Source: Neoconidiobolus thromboides FSU 785
Taxonomy: Eukaryota; Fungi; Entomophthoromycota
Assembly: GCA_025603075.1 (NCBI GenBank)
Contig: MU626328.1
Coordinates: forward strand, 1 to 64,000
Length of the DNA stretch: 64,000 nt
Reading direction: 5' to 3'
Shown here: in pieces, positions 50,120-62,303 of the stretch
Numbering within the stretch: position 1 is the stretch's first letter
Layout of the letters: every line of letters begins with the position of its first letter
Notes under the pieces: model-generated
Databases searched by the model: none
The model's input: the letters and a program-made list of their open reading frames with translations, nothing else
What the model was told of the DNA's origin: nothing
Made by a program: the position numbers and the translations under genes

Positions 50120-51589
50120 CTAAATTATAAATTAGAACAGAAGAAGTGAAGCTTTATTTTCTATGTGTGTATGTAAGTTCTATATTGGGTTAAGTATTCA
50201 AAACGACCAATATTTAAACAAAAAGAATTTTTGTGTGTAAGTGGCTATTTTGAATAATGCCAATAGCAAAAATGGTTTAATAATAAATTTATGTGACCAT
50301 TAATGAGAAAGAAGTAAGAAAAAAAAAATGCCTGGGCTGGCTTTACCTTTCATTCTAGGCGTAAATAATGTTTTAAAATGCCAATTTCTAGGAAAATAAC
50401 CTGAGATTATTACAAATTCTTTACTTTGTTGTTATGATATTATTTAACCAATCATTCTCCTTGGTCATACTGCTCCTGAATTGTATTTCAAGAGACTTAG
50501 CAAATGATTGAATGAATATCTAGATGAAGCATCTAAGCCATTGGTTTTCGTTTTACCCCAAAACTACTAAAGTTTCCCCAACCCAGCAAGTTAGTCTAGC
50601 AATTGCAAAAAATGATCCTAAAAATAACTTTAGGCGAGTTTAAGTGAAAGAGCCTTAAATGTGAAAATTCAGGCTAATTATTATTCGCCTTGAAAGTAGA
50701 TTTAGCAGCTATTTTTTGTTACATGTCAAAAGCTGATAGTCTGGTTTATCTATAAAAAATTTAAAGGGATGGCTAGGAAATGTGAAAAGCAGAAGAATTG
50801 GAACAGAAACTTCAAGGCCCTTAACAAAATGCTTCTGCTCTGCTTTTATTTACACATCATAAATTCGTTTATAGTTGCTGAAGCTTTGAATGCTTTCGAT
50901 AATGATAAAACTATATACATAAAATATCAAAGACATTAAAAACTAATAAACAAACAATTCATTATAATTCGAATAACAAACTCTAAATATTGATTTAATA
51001 ATGAGTGTTTAACAGCTTTAATGCTACAGTCCCATGTTAGAGTGAACCTTATAAAGTCGAAGCTTTGTGAATGATTTACGAACTATAAAAGCTATAAGAC
51101 CACCTAATAATCTATTACATCAATATAAAAAGTTATTTTAAATTAAAGTATAAATATTAGATTTGTAAAGCTAGCAGACAATTTATAGTATTATCTTTAA
51201 ATTCATACTTATAAAGCTTCATCATATTATATTGTGTTTTTTTCGTAATTTCAGAATACCTGTTTGTTCTTTTTTTTGCTATAGTTATTTGAGATATATC
51301 TTATAATGCAAACAAGTATTGTTTAATATTAATAGAATTATATACCTATAGATCATAACGTTTTTATCAATCTTTAAAATTTTACTAACAAAATTAAGTT
51401 TAGAGTTTGGAAATGTAACTATTAATTTTTTATTTATTTTATGGACTTGTATTAAACTATAGTTTATAAAAATATCCTGCATATTATGTATATTATTTAT
51501 CAACTTTAATAATTGATTGCTTTTATACAATAAACAGTCTTTTTAATTATTTTTAGATACTTAAGATTTTAATGTTCAAAGATGACAAC

Positions 51590-51680
51590 ATATGGGGTGT
51601 TTTTTTGGCTTCATTACTTTTCCATATTTTAAATATAAAAATACATCTAATAAATTTTATGCTCAAATAGCGCTCAAGAA
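51590..51680 (-). mobile_element. Rearranged or partial MITE copy
   Basis: ATATGGGGTGTTTTTTTGGCTTCATTACTTTTCCAT followed by scrambled internal segments. Confidence 0.65.
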
Positions 51681-51690
51681 TTTTATTAAC

Positions 51691-51794
51691 ATATGGGGAT
51701 GTATTTTTTAGTTAATAATTTTACCAACAATTTTCCTGCTCAAACAGAGCTTAAAAATGGAAAAAGTAACGAAACCGAAAAACATCCCCTCTAT
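51691..51794 (+). mobile_element. ~105-bp MITE-like element, ~60 nt from the tRNA-Gln 3' end
   Basis: ATATGGGGATGTATTTTTTAG...GAAAAACATCCCCTCTAT. Confidence 0.85.
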
Positions 51795-51856
51795 TCTTTC
51801 AAAATATTTAAAGGACTGATTATATTAGGTCATGAAAAAAGTTAAATCTACACTGA

Positions 51857-51928
51857 AGGTCCCACCGAGAATCGAACTCGGATTACAAGGATCAAAACCT
51901 TGGGTGCTAACCATTACACCATGGAACC
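51857..51928 (-). tRNA. tRNA-Gln(TTG)
   Basis: GGTTCCA...TGGTGTAATGGTTAGCAC, anticodon arm CAAGG-TTTTGAT-CCTTG, T-loop GTTCGATT, TGGGACC; T6 terminator downstream. Confidence 0.95.
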
Positions 51929-52426
51929 ATTTTATATATAGCTATCTTTTCAAGTATATAATTAACATCTAGATTACAGCTTTATATTACTTTAACTTCT
52001 GACTTTTCAGCCAACTCAGTTTAAAAAAAATTTATGTTAAAATTTTTTTATCAACAATCTTTTTAAAATAACTAACAAGAACAGAAATGATTGAAAGTTT
52101 TTATTTAAGCTAATTAGTTTTGATTGTGATATTATATCTTTTATTTATTTTCAAGTTAATTATTACCATCATTTTTTTAGTTTATTAAATAAGTCTGACA
52201 ACTTAATAAATTAAAGCTATATATAGGGATGTATTTAGTAAGCTAAACAAAAATTGCAAGTTTTATTTAATAATTGTGATTATTTTATTAAAAAGGTTTC
52301 TGATAACTTTTGTAGTAATAATTATAAAATTTCAATTTTTATCTTTAAAAAAATTAGCTTAAGGATTTTTGAATTCTTAAATTTTCAAAAATATTAATTT
52401 ATTAATTTATTAATTTATTATAGTTT

Positions 52427-52490
52427 ATATGGGGCTGTTTTTTTTAGTTTCATCACTTTTTTCATTTTTTAAGCACTATTTGAGCGGAAA
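52427..52490 (-). mobile_element. MITE copy truncated by the LTR-like element
   Basis: ATATGGGGCTGTTT...AAGCACTATTTGAGCGGAAA stops abruptly before TGTGAAAT. Confidence 0.8.
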
Positions 52491-52491
52491 G

Positions 52492-52955
52492 TGTGAAATC
52501 TGGTACTCAGGGTTTGGAGTCAAGAACAGCTATTGCTGGGTTGACTACACTATAAGTCGAAAGGTCTTAGTTTATGTGACTAAGATAGACTTGGATTATG
52601 AGGAATAGCACGTAATAGGTTACAAGCTATATAAGACAAATAGAATAGACAATACTAATGTAAAATCTATGTAAAATACTATTAAGAAAACTTAGTGGCT
52701 TTATTAAATGTTCGAGATATCAGGGAATAATTCAGTTAAAAAGTCTCAAACTATTATACTCTGTAAACTCTTTTATACTCTGAAAAGTATAAATATCAAA
52801 GCGAGAAGATAATACTCTTTGGGATGAAGTTAGAAATTCTCATAGCAAATCAAAATAAGACCATGGGATTGATTGTCTCCGAACTCGAGAACACAACAAC
52901 TTAAGTGATTATTATGCTATAATCAATTATGGAGCTGATAAAGTGACATTTCACA
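52492..52955 (-). mobile_element. 464-bp solo-LTR-like element (copy 2)
   Basis: TGTGAAAT...ATTTCACA termini (8-bp inverted repeat); GTATAAAAG then AATAAA on the minus strand; no ORF; second copy at 1..247; no TSD, PBS or PPT seen. Confidence 0.65.
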
Positions 52956-53182
52956 ATAAACTTAAACAATTTAATTGAGTTTTTAACTAACATTGAAAAA
53001 ACTTAATAGCTTTATTAAAAGTATAATATTAGGAAATAATTTAATAAAAAAGTTTTAGGTTGTTATATTAAAGAATTTTTTTATATTCTAACTAGGTGAT
53101 TATATATAACACGATAGCAGTTATTTTTATTATAGTTACCGGATGCAAATATCAAAATAAAAGAGAATGTTTTTTATAATTA

Positions 53183-53277
53183 AATGGGAGTGTTTTTTTG
53201 GCTTCATTGTTTTTTAAGTGCTATTTAAGCGGAAAATTTGTTAGTAAAATTCTTAAACGCAAAAATACATCTCCAAA
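53183..53277 (-). mobile_element. MITE-like element with internal deletion
   Basis: ATGGGAGTGTTTTTTTGGCTTC...AAAAATACATCTCCAAAT. Confidence 0.85.
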
Positions 53278-53474
53278 TAGTAAATATTTTATAATAAATT
53301 AAAATAAAGAACATTTTGTAATAAAGAAATAGAAGCGTAGTCTAAAATCTAGTTATATAATATTTTATTATATCTTAAATAGAAATAACTATTTATGTAG
53401 CATTGTAGCCTTAAATAAACTTGATAGCTATATATTTTAATTTATATAAATAAAATAAACTTTTTATAGGTATA

Positions 53475-53580
53475 ATATGGGGATGTATTTTCGTGTTTAA
53501 GAATTTTACTAACAATTTTTCCACTCAAATAGTACTTAAAAGATGGAAAAGTAATAAAGCCAAAAAAAAGCATCTTCAAA
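53475..53580 (+). mobile_element. ~105-bp MITE-like element
   Basis: ATATGGGGATGTATTTTCGTG...AGCCAAAAAAAAGCATCTTC. Confidence 0.85.
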
Positions 53581-53656
53581 TGCTTTCTTAGCTGATAATG
53601 AATTGAAAAGATTCAAAGTGTATAATTAAAACAAACTTATTATATGAAAAAATAAT

Positions 53657-53762
53657 ATATGGGGGTGTTTTTTGGGTCCACCACTTTTTACATCTTTTAA
53701 GGACTATTTAGGTGAGAAAAATTGTTAGTAAAATTCTTAAACACGAAAATACATCCCCATAT
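53657..53762 (-). mobile_element. ~105-bp MITE-like element
   Basis: ATATGGGGGTGTTTTTTGGG...GAAAATACATCCCCATAT. Confidence 0.9.
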
Positions 53763-54917
53763 AATAAATAAATAATAAAAAATTGTATAAAAAACTATAA
53801 AAAAAGTATTTAAAAATGAAAATAAGTTTACCAAAACTAAGTATAATAAAACTTAGAAAAAAGTTATAATAAAAGCCATTAATATTATTTCACATTAAAA
53901 TGGTATATATAAAAAATGTGTTATTGGTTGTAATAAAGTGTTATAATTTTTAAACATAAATTTAAAAAAATAAAAATAATGTTTTTCATAATAAATCAAT
54001 TAATATTTTACAAATATAAAACCTGCTTAAAAAAATTAAAAAATCAATATTTACATAAATTAAAAATTTACTTTTTAAACTTTTATAAATTTTTATAAAC
54101 TTTCATAAACTTTATGTAAGCTAATATTATACTATTTAAAAATACAAACATTATAGCTAACGATTATATTTTTAACTTTTTTAAGCTGTTATTTTACAAT
54201 ATAAAAATTAATATTTTGTAGTTATTGTTATATTTTAAATAAGTAAATATATTTAAATCAGTACTTATAACTAAAATTATATTTAATAAATTAAAAGTTA
54301 TTTAAAGTTATCTATAGCTAAGTTTAAACATAAAATTAAAAATAAACCTGCTTAAAGATTAAAACAATTAAGCAATATCATGTCTTTATATAGCTGAGTA
54401 TTAAATTATTAAAGATAAAAAAATAACATTAAGTTCCATATGGTATTATCAAAATATTATAGTAGGTACTTATATAATATTTTATTTTGGAAAGAAGATA
54501 TTAGCTATATATGTAAGTTTTGGAGTTTCTGTTAAATTAAATTAATTGTAGTTAATTATCCAATTAAAAAGCCATTATGTAAATTTTAGCAAATGAGAAT
54601 AATCGGCTAGAATTCTGGAATATAAAAGGTGGTTTTTTAGATTTTTTTTGATGGAATACTAACCCCTCAAGGGTCTCTAAGTTTTTGTCAAAAGCGACTA
54701 AAATTAACTTCTTATACTAATAGTATTTTTACACGTTTGATAGCCAATAGATAATATTTAAACGCTAATTGACTTGATTGCTTAAGTTTATGGGTTCACT
54801 GGTTAAAAGCTACTTCTGGCCATGACATAAATATACGGCATATGCGCTTAATTGTTGGAAATTATATTAAAATATTTTCTAAATTTCGCTAGTATAAACT
54901 TCTGTGATATAAGCAAT

Positions 54918-54971
54918 TTCAACTAATCAAGTCAGTCCTAAGAAGGCACTGGGTTAATCTGATTAGTTGAA
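54918..54971. other. Intergenic nested hairpin
   Basis: Perfect 12-bp inverted repeat TTCAACTAATCA/TGATTAGTTGAA enclosing the inner stem CAGT-CCT-aaga-AGG-c-ACTG. Confidence 0.6.
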
Positions 54972-55266
54972 GCTCTCATAGCATGGCTTAAGTTAAATTT
55001 GGCAAACAAAAAATTGGTCACTCTGTGTTAAATTGATCACAGTAGATAATTGATTTAGATTTATACGTCATCTTCGTTAATGAAAAAAATTGGCTAAATA
55101 ATAACTGGTTACTATTATTATAATTTTATTCAATAAAACTCCGTTTTAAGGATATTTAATTATAAATATTAAATCTAGAATTTAACTGTTAAATTTTAAA
55201 TTTCAAAAAACTAAAGCATTTTATTGATAAACGATATTAAGATACTCGAAAAAAGAACATATAAAA

Positions 55267-56469
55267 ATGGCAAGAAAGGCTAACACTGACAACAAAAAGA
55301 TAGCAAGTAAAGTTAGTACCGATAGTAAAAAGATGGGAAGAAAAGTTAATACTAATGATAAAAAGATGGGAAGAAAAGTTAACACTAATGATAAAAAGAT
55401 GGGAAGAAAAGTTAATACTAATGATAAAAAGGAAGTAAGTGAAAATCTTACGCCAACGAAGAGCGGTAGACCATTGAGATCTAACTCAAGTCTTAAAAAA
55501 ATTAATATTTTTGAGTTTGCGGAAATTGATGCTGAAGAAATGATAAAAATCGTTGAGGAATCTTATAATGGTAATTATTTTACTTAATTTTTAAATATTA
55601 ATTAATTTATAAAAAAAGAATCCAGCAATGAAGAAGTTAAATTAGAAATAAAAGAAGAAAGGATTACTGAGAGCATACAAGATGAAAGTGGTATTCAAGA
55701 AACAAGGGTAGACAAAAATGAAGAAAATATTACTAAAGAGATAAAAACAGGTGATAGTACCAAAGAAAAAGCATTAGAAGAAATAGTACAGCAAGAAAAT
55801 ACGGAGGATGTAGAAAAGGAAAAAAGTAATAATCAAGAGAATGGAAATGGGAAAAATGGGTACCTAGACGCCAATCAAAACGTTGTTGAAGAAAAAATAG
55901 CGGAGGGCACAAGAAAAGGAGAAAGCAGGATCCAAGGAAACATAAATGGGAAGACAGAACATTTTGATACTGAAGAAGAAATAACGGAAGATATAGAAAA
56001 AAGAGAAACCAAGATACAAGAGAGCGTGAGTGTAGAAGATGGGGATACAGAGGACAATCAAAGTAGCACTGAAGAAAAAATAGTAGAGGATACAGGAAAG
56101 GTTGAAAGTAAGGTAGAACATAATGAAAATGAAGAAAATGGAGATGTAGAGGCTAAGCAAAGTAATGGTGAAGAAAAAATAGCAGAGAAGCTTGAGCAAA
56201 CTAACTTAAAAAGGTCTCGAGTAGAAGAAGAAGAAAAAGAAGAAGAAAAAGAAAAAGGAGAAATTATAGCTAAAAGGATACGAGTATTACAGCACGAATG
56301 TCCATGTACTAATTCACCTTCAAAGATACATGTTTACCAGCCATTAGATGAAGGCCATTTCACTTATTATGAACAGTTTATTCGGACTTTAAATCGAATT
56401 GCATTTAAAATTCCACCTAGATTAAGATGCATTTATTGTGGTCATTCTTATCAAAAAAAATTCTTTTAA
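55267..56469 (+). CDS. Hypothetical K-rich/E-rich low-complexity protein with C-terminal Cys/His motif (intron ~55571-55618)
   Basis: The two ORFs join through an open exon-2 frame; ends HECPC...H...CIYCGH. Confidence 0.7.
55327..55431 (+). repeat. 33-bp coding tandem repeat x3 (KKMGRKVNTND)
   Basis: aaaaagatgggaagaaaagttaa(t/c)actaatgat three times, plus a diverged upstream unit. Confidence 0.9.
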
Positions 56470-56582
56470 ATCTTTAATCCTTTAAATAAATAATGATATT
56501 TTTTTAGTTGAATTTTTTATAGCTTTTAAAAGTAATATTTAAAGTTACTTAAGTTCTGACAATGAGTCAAATAGAAGTAGAT

Positions 56583-56618
56583 CACTGCTAAATCCACTGC
56601 TAAATCCACTGCTAAATC
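56583..56618. repeat. 12-bp tandem repeat x3
   Basis: cactgctaaatc x3. Confidence 0.9.
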
Positions 56619-56956
56619 ACTTTCAATGTGAATTGATAAAAAGTTGAAATGGTTATTGTATATTGTTAAGCCTTGTTATGTATTTCATAGAGTTTATTTA
56701 ATCTTTTAAAATTTATTAGAAAGTAACAAAAGTTGTTAAATAAAGTGAGTGTTGAAAATATTAAAATATCTTCCGTTTTTTATATTTTATAGTGTCTTTA
56801 AATACCGCTATTATTAAAGTTTCTGTGTAGACTATTGATTTAGTATCACTGATCAATAAAAGGAAAAAGCATGAAAAAATTTAATGAAATATCAAAGCGT
56901 TTCTTTAATATCCAGCTTTCATACAACTTGCCAGTGATTGTACTATTGGAACAATA

Positions 56957-57062
56957 AATGAGGGTGTTTTTTTTGACTTCATCACTTTTTCCATCTCTTA
57001 AGTACTGTTTGAGTGGAAAAATTGTCAGTAAAATTCTTAAACACAAAATACATCCTCAATAT
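56957..57062 (-). mobile_element. ~105-bp MITE-like element, ~200 nt from the tRNA-Val 3' end
   Basis: ATGAGGGTGTTTTTTTTGACTTC...AAAATACATCCTCAATAT. Confidence 0.85.
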
Positions 57063-57264
57063 AAAATATGAAGAATAAAATAATTAAAAATAGCTTATTG
57101 TACTTTAAATTCTTAACTATTGAGCTATTTTAATAACAATAATAGAACCACAAACTATAATACAACCAACTAGAAGATCACTTAACTTAGAGAATGATAA
57201 AACTTGAATTTTTTTTGTAACTTGATATCTTTATCTTCCATAGAAAAAAAACAGATACCGCTTA

Positions 57265-57337
57265 TGTCCCAATCCAGGTTCGAACTGGAGACCTCTTCCG
57301 TGTGAAGGAAGCGTGATAACCACTACACTATTGAGAC
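57265..57337 (-). tRNA. tRNA-Val(CAC)
   Basis: GTCTCAA/TTGGGAC acceptor stem, TAGTGTAGTGGTTATCAC, arm CTTCC-TTCACAC-GGAAG, GTTCGAAC; T9 terminator. Confidence 0.95.
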
Positions 57338-57668
57338 TATAGGTTGACGTAACTTGATATTTTAACATATTAAATATCCCAAACAATTTTAATTATCAAA
57401 TCCTGTATAACATGGTTCCTACATTATCAGTATAGGTATCAAAATCAATAAAGATGATTCAAAAACTTATTGAACTACTTTGCTATTAAACATACAAATT
57501 TGCTAGTGTTCTTTTTAATTAACTTAAGGTACTATAATTTAAAGATTACATCATAGTGACTATAAATATCGATTTTATCAGAACAAAAATTAAACTCCAA
57601 AATCAAAAATTCAGAAATCAAAAATTTATCTTTTCATTTGCAAAAAGCTTCTTTTTTTACTAAAAAGG

Positions 57669-60600
57669 ATGAATAATCAATTACAAAAGAGACGAACCGG
57701 TCAAAATACTACTGAGGATCACCATACTAGTTTGGAATTGAATTATACTGGCGAAGATAAAGGAGATGTGGATTATGATTATGATAAAGTTAAATCGGAA
57801 GTAAAATTTAATGATAAGTTTTTAAAACCTGAACTTTCACTAAAGGAAGAGGATAACTTTAAATTCAGAAACAACAGAGTAAGCGTTTGTTTTATTGATC
57901 ACAGAGAAATTTGAGTTCCTAAATGACAATACTAATATTGTTCTCATTTATTTAGTATGTTCAATTTTACATTAAAAATAAATTAAATATATGGTTAACA
58001 ATATTGACATTATTATCCATGTTTACTCGTTATTATCGTATTGGAGCAGCAAATAAACCTATTTGGGATGAAGTAAAACTTTTATGAATTGAACAATTTT
58101 ATAACATGACTAACAATTTAACTTATGCAATCAGGTACATTTTGGCAAAGTAAGTTTATGTATAATATACAAAATAAAACCCATTAACAAATAACTTTAA
58201 AGTTTGGTTCTCATTATTTACGAGGTACTTTTTACCATGATGTGCACCCGCCATTAGGTAAAATGCTAGTTGGCGTTGGAGGTAAAATTGCAGGTTATGA
58301 TGGTACATTTAAATTTGAAGGTGGAAATTATCCAGAAGGTATGAATTATACGTTTATGAGATGGTTTCACGCCAACTTTGGCGTTGCTTTGGTTCCACTA
58401 AGTTTTCTTACTGCCAAGAAATTGAATATGTCCGATAATGCAGCTCTATTAGCTGCATCGATGGTGTTATTTGGTAATTAAAATGAGAAAAGAGGCTTGC
58501 TAAAGATGTATATTAATGGCATTTTTTTTAGATAATGGATTGACTGTTATTTCTAGATTTATTTTATTGGATTCTATGTTATTGTGTTTTATTGCTATGT
58601 CATTATACTATTTTGTTGCTTTTCATGCCTGTCAGAAAAAGTGAGTGAAATGGCTTTATTTATTTGGATTTAATGATTTAATAATTGTTCTTTAGTCCAT
58701 TTACTAGAGACTGGTATTATAATTTAATTATGTTGGGTATTTCTTTGGGTTTGGCGTCAAGGTATAGATATATATAAATTTGTATTATTTATAATATTAA
58801 GGATTTTATAGTGTTAAATGGATTGGATTTTTTGCTGTGGCATTAGTCGGATTAGTAAGAGTTAATTTGAATTTAAATTAATAATGTAATAATTTATATT
58901 TAATAGTATACAATTGAAAGTTTATATCAATTATTAAGTGAACCTAATTTTAGTTGGGTAGGTTGCATTAAAATTGTATTATACTAATAATTATAATATT
59001 TAAATTCAATTTAATTATAGTATGTTTATGCTAAACATTGGATAACTAGAGCATTTGGACTAATATTTATGCCCGTCTTTGTTTATTTATTATGTTTTAA
59101 AATTCACTTTAAAATCTTAAATAATTCTGGACCTGGAGATGCTACTATGGATACTTTATTTCAAGCTAGATTAAATCGAAATGAATTATGGAAATCACCA
59201 CCAGGTAATTAAGTTGTTTTATAAATTAATTAAAATATTAAATTCAATATTATTCTATTGTAATTAGAATTAGTATTTATGGGTAATGCTACTATAAGAT
59301 CAGGGAGTTTAGATGGTGGTTTATTACATAGTCATCCTCACAATTATCCAGAAGGCAGTAAAGAACAACAAATTACTTGCTATGGCCATAAAGATAGTAA
59401 TAATGATTGGACAATCAAACATGCTTTTGATGATCTATTTAACACAACGGAAAATAATGAAGTTACTGTTGATGCTAATACTATAAAAGTAAGCTATTTT
59501 TATATGTATTATATAATATGAATACGTATATTAAATAAGTACTTAGGAAATTAATCCAAAGGTAGTCAGAAGTGGCAATTTAATTAAATTATACCATGTT
59601 GAAACAAAAAAAAACTTAAGAGTCCAAAAAGATCATGACGCTATTATAACTGGAAAAAGAGCATATGAAGTAAGTGCTTCAGGGGATGCAAAAACATTCA
59701 ATAAATATGAGATATGGAAAATAGAAATATATGATGATTTATTAGATTCAAATAAACCAGGTGTTATACAAACATTAAGTACTCGATTTCAACTAAGAAA
59801 TCCAGAATTAGATTGCTTATTAGCTAAAGATTTTACAACTCTACCTGATTGGGGTTATTCCCAATCCGAAGTTTATTGTGTTAAAGATGGCAAATCTAAA
59901 AATGAAGAAACTTTATGGAATATTGAATCATTAAGTTATGAAGGATGTAAGTCAAAATAGCCAGTTTAAAATTTAATTCTAACTTTATTAAATATTATTC
60001 TATTTTATAGTACCCCCAGCTGAAAAAAGGAAATTACCTGAAACTTTTTATAGAGATTTTATAAGATTAAATAGAGCTATGTGGTCTACAAATAATGCCT
60101 TGACACCAGATGAAGATAAATTCGATCATTTAACATCTCATGCTTTAGATTGGCCATTAATGAGAAGAGGAATCCGAATGTGTGGTTGGGGAGATAATGA
60201 AATTAAATTTTATATGTTAGGTAATCCATTAGTTTGGTGGGGTTCAACCTTTGGACTTTTGTTGTTTGTAGGACTTACTGGATATTATTGTATTAGAATG
60301 AAAAGAAATATTAAAGAATGGGTGAAAGGTAAGTGGAAGTTAGAAATTATTATTATTATTATTATTATAAAAAATATACATTAAATATTAATTTTTTATA
60401 GATGATTGGGAAAATTATATATTTGCATTTAAAGCTATTGTAGGTGGATGGCTATTACAATATTTACCGTTTTTTTTAATGGGAAGAGTATTATATGTTC
60501 ATCATTATTTTCCATCACTTTATATAGCTTGTTTAGCATTACCATATACATTAGATTTATTAGTTCAAAACAAAACTAACAATTTTAAAAACAAGCTATT

Positions 60601-60742
60601 TTTTTCAATAATAATAATGATTTGTCTCACTTTTATCTACTTTGCTCCAATGACTTTTGGAATGACATTTCCATCTGAAGAATTTAAATCTAGAAACTGG
60701 TTAAAAACTTGGCATCTTTTTGGAGCTAAAGAAGATGAATAA
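57669..60742 (+). CDS. PMT2: Dolichyl-phosphate-mannose:protein O-mannosyltransferase, PMT2 subfamily (intron-rich)
   Basis: WDE|VHFGK|FGSHYLRGTFYHDVHPPLGKML, MIR-domain LHSHPHNYPEGSKEQQITCYGHKD, MGRVLYVHHYFPSL. Confidence 0.88.
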
Positions 60743-60858
60743 ATAAAATTAATGTTTAACATATTAAATATTGTTATAATAAAATAAACAATTTAAAATA
60801 AAATCAAAATTTTATAAAAATATACTTTCATTTAATAAAATTTAAAGTAATTTCAAAT

Positions 60859-61923
60859 TCAAGCTTCAATCTTTTCTGTTTCTAAAGCATCCTTATATAA
60901 CTCAAGTAATTCCTTAATTTCACTAGGTGAATAAATTTGATATTTAGGTTTACCATCTACTAATTTTAAAGTAGCAAATTCAACTAGATTCAAAGAAAAA
61001 TCAAATTAATTTTTAGAACCAAAAGTAATTTCTAATAAAAAAAACTTACGAGTTTCTTCAGTTAAATTAGCAGTATCCATAGTTTTTGATAACACTTTAA
61101 TTGTCATTTCTAATGCTTGATCAATATTTAATTCTTCTTTGTATTCTTGCTTAAGAACGGACTGAGCAGATGAAAAATTAGCCCCAATACAAGTAGCTTT
61201 CCAACCCCCATAATTACCACTAGGATCACTATGATATAATTGAAATCCATGGGAATCATCATATCCAGCGTACAAAATGGAAACACCATATGGTCTTAAA
61301 CCTAATTAAAAAATTAATTTATTATTATTAATTTATTATTGAAATAAAAAAAGAAACTTAACTTACCACCAAATTGAGTATAAGCTTGTTTAGAATCAGA
61401 TAACCTTTTTACTAATGATTCAATAGGTATATCCGTACCATAATTCATTAAATAAGATTGAGCATATTGACGTGCTGAATTTACTAGAATATTAGCATCA
61501 CTGGTTAATCCAGCAACAGCACAAACTATATTACTATACCATTTAAAAAAAATACATTAGTACCAATTAATTAATTATTCTCATTATTTTTTAACATAAT
61601 ATTGAAGAATAAATTTAGTTTTAAACTTACTCATTAATAATATATAATTTCTCAGTGGATTTATCCGTTTCTAATAAACTAGAAACTACTTTTTTTTCAG
61701 CTGCAATAACTACACCATCACTAGCTAAAATTCCTAAACAAGTACCAGCATGAGAAATGGCTTCCATAGCATATTCTACTTGAAATAAACGACCTAGATG
61801 GGAAATAAAAAGAATTTCAATTTTAATTTAATATGATTTTGATAATGACATCTTAATGATATAAAAAAGTAATTTACCTTCTGGCGAAAACATAGTGGTT
61901 CGAGAATCATATCGACGTGACAT
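60859..61923 (-). CDS. PRE9: 20S proteasome subunit alpha-3 (multi-exon)
   Basis: [16 protein letters not shown]|[17 protein letters not shown]...[20 protein letters not shown]. Confidence 0.95.
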
Positions 61924-62303
61924 TTTGAATAAATTTGTTGTTTATATTGAAATTGAATATGAGTTTTGAGGTTTACTAGAAAAGTAAAAATAATATTAAG
62001 AAATTGTATAGTTATTTTAGAGAAAGCTGAGTAAAGGAATTTGGAATATGACGTTGTCACTCAAGATCAAAATTTAATGATTGACCAATAAGCTGAAGTT
62101 AACATTTTTTATTAAAAAATGTTGGATTGATCCAAAATATCAAGAATATAATGATAATTGATGCTATTTTGAATATTAATATAATAAAATATTTTATTTT
62201 TGTTTTTATTTTATTTTATTTTGATCATTTTAAATAAAAAGCTTGTTTATCTATTTAATTAATTGATTAAAAATCTTCAATAATAAACGTATTTAAATTT
62301 CAT

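Noticed and set aside
50325-50365. GGCTTTACCTTTT as a U5 snRNA loop
   Set aside because: It does not match the invariant GCCUUUUAC loop and has no supporting stem or Sm site.
50440-50940. HTAPELYF fragment as a kinase pseudogene
   Set aside because: No other kinase motifs (HRD, DFG) nearby.
54600-55050. Minus-strand EVYTSEI*KIF fragment as a MULE/FAR1 transposase relic
   Set aside because: Only a few residues resemble the motif, there are many stops, and no DDE core is visible.
10379-55875. Antisense or alternate-frame ORFs overlapping real genes (e.g. 10379-, 12798+, 14907-, 16735+, 18711+, 20958+, 25345+, 34651+, 47163-, 47302+, 47351+, 55864-)
   Set aside because: They are shadows of the coding strand of well-supported genes.
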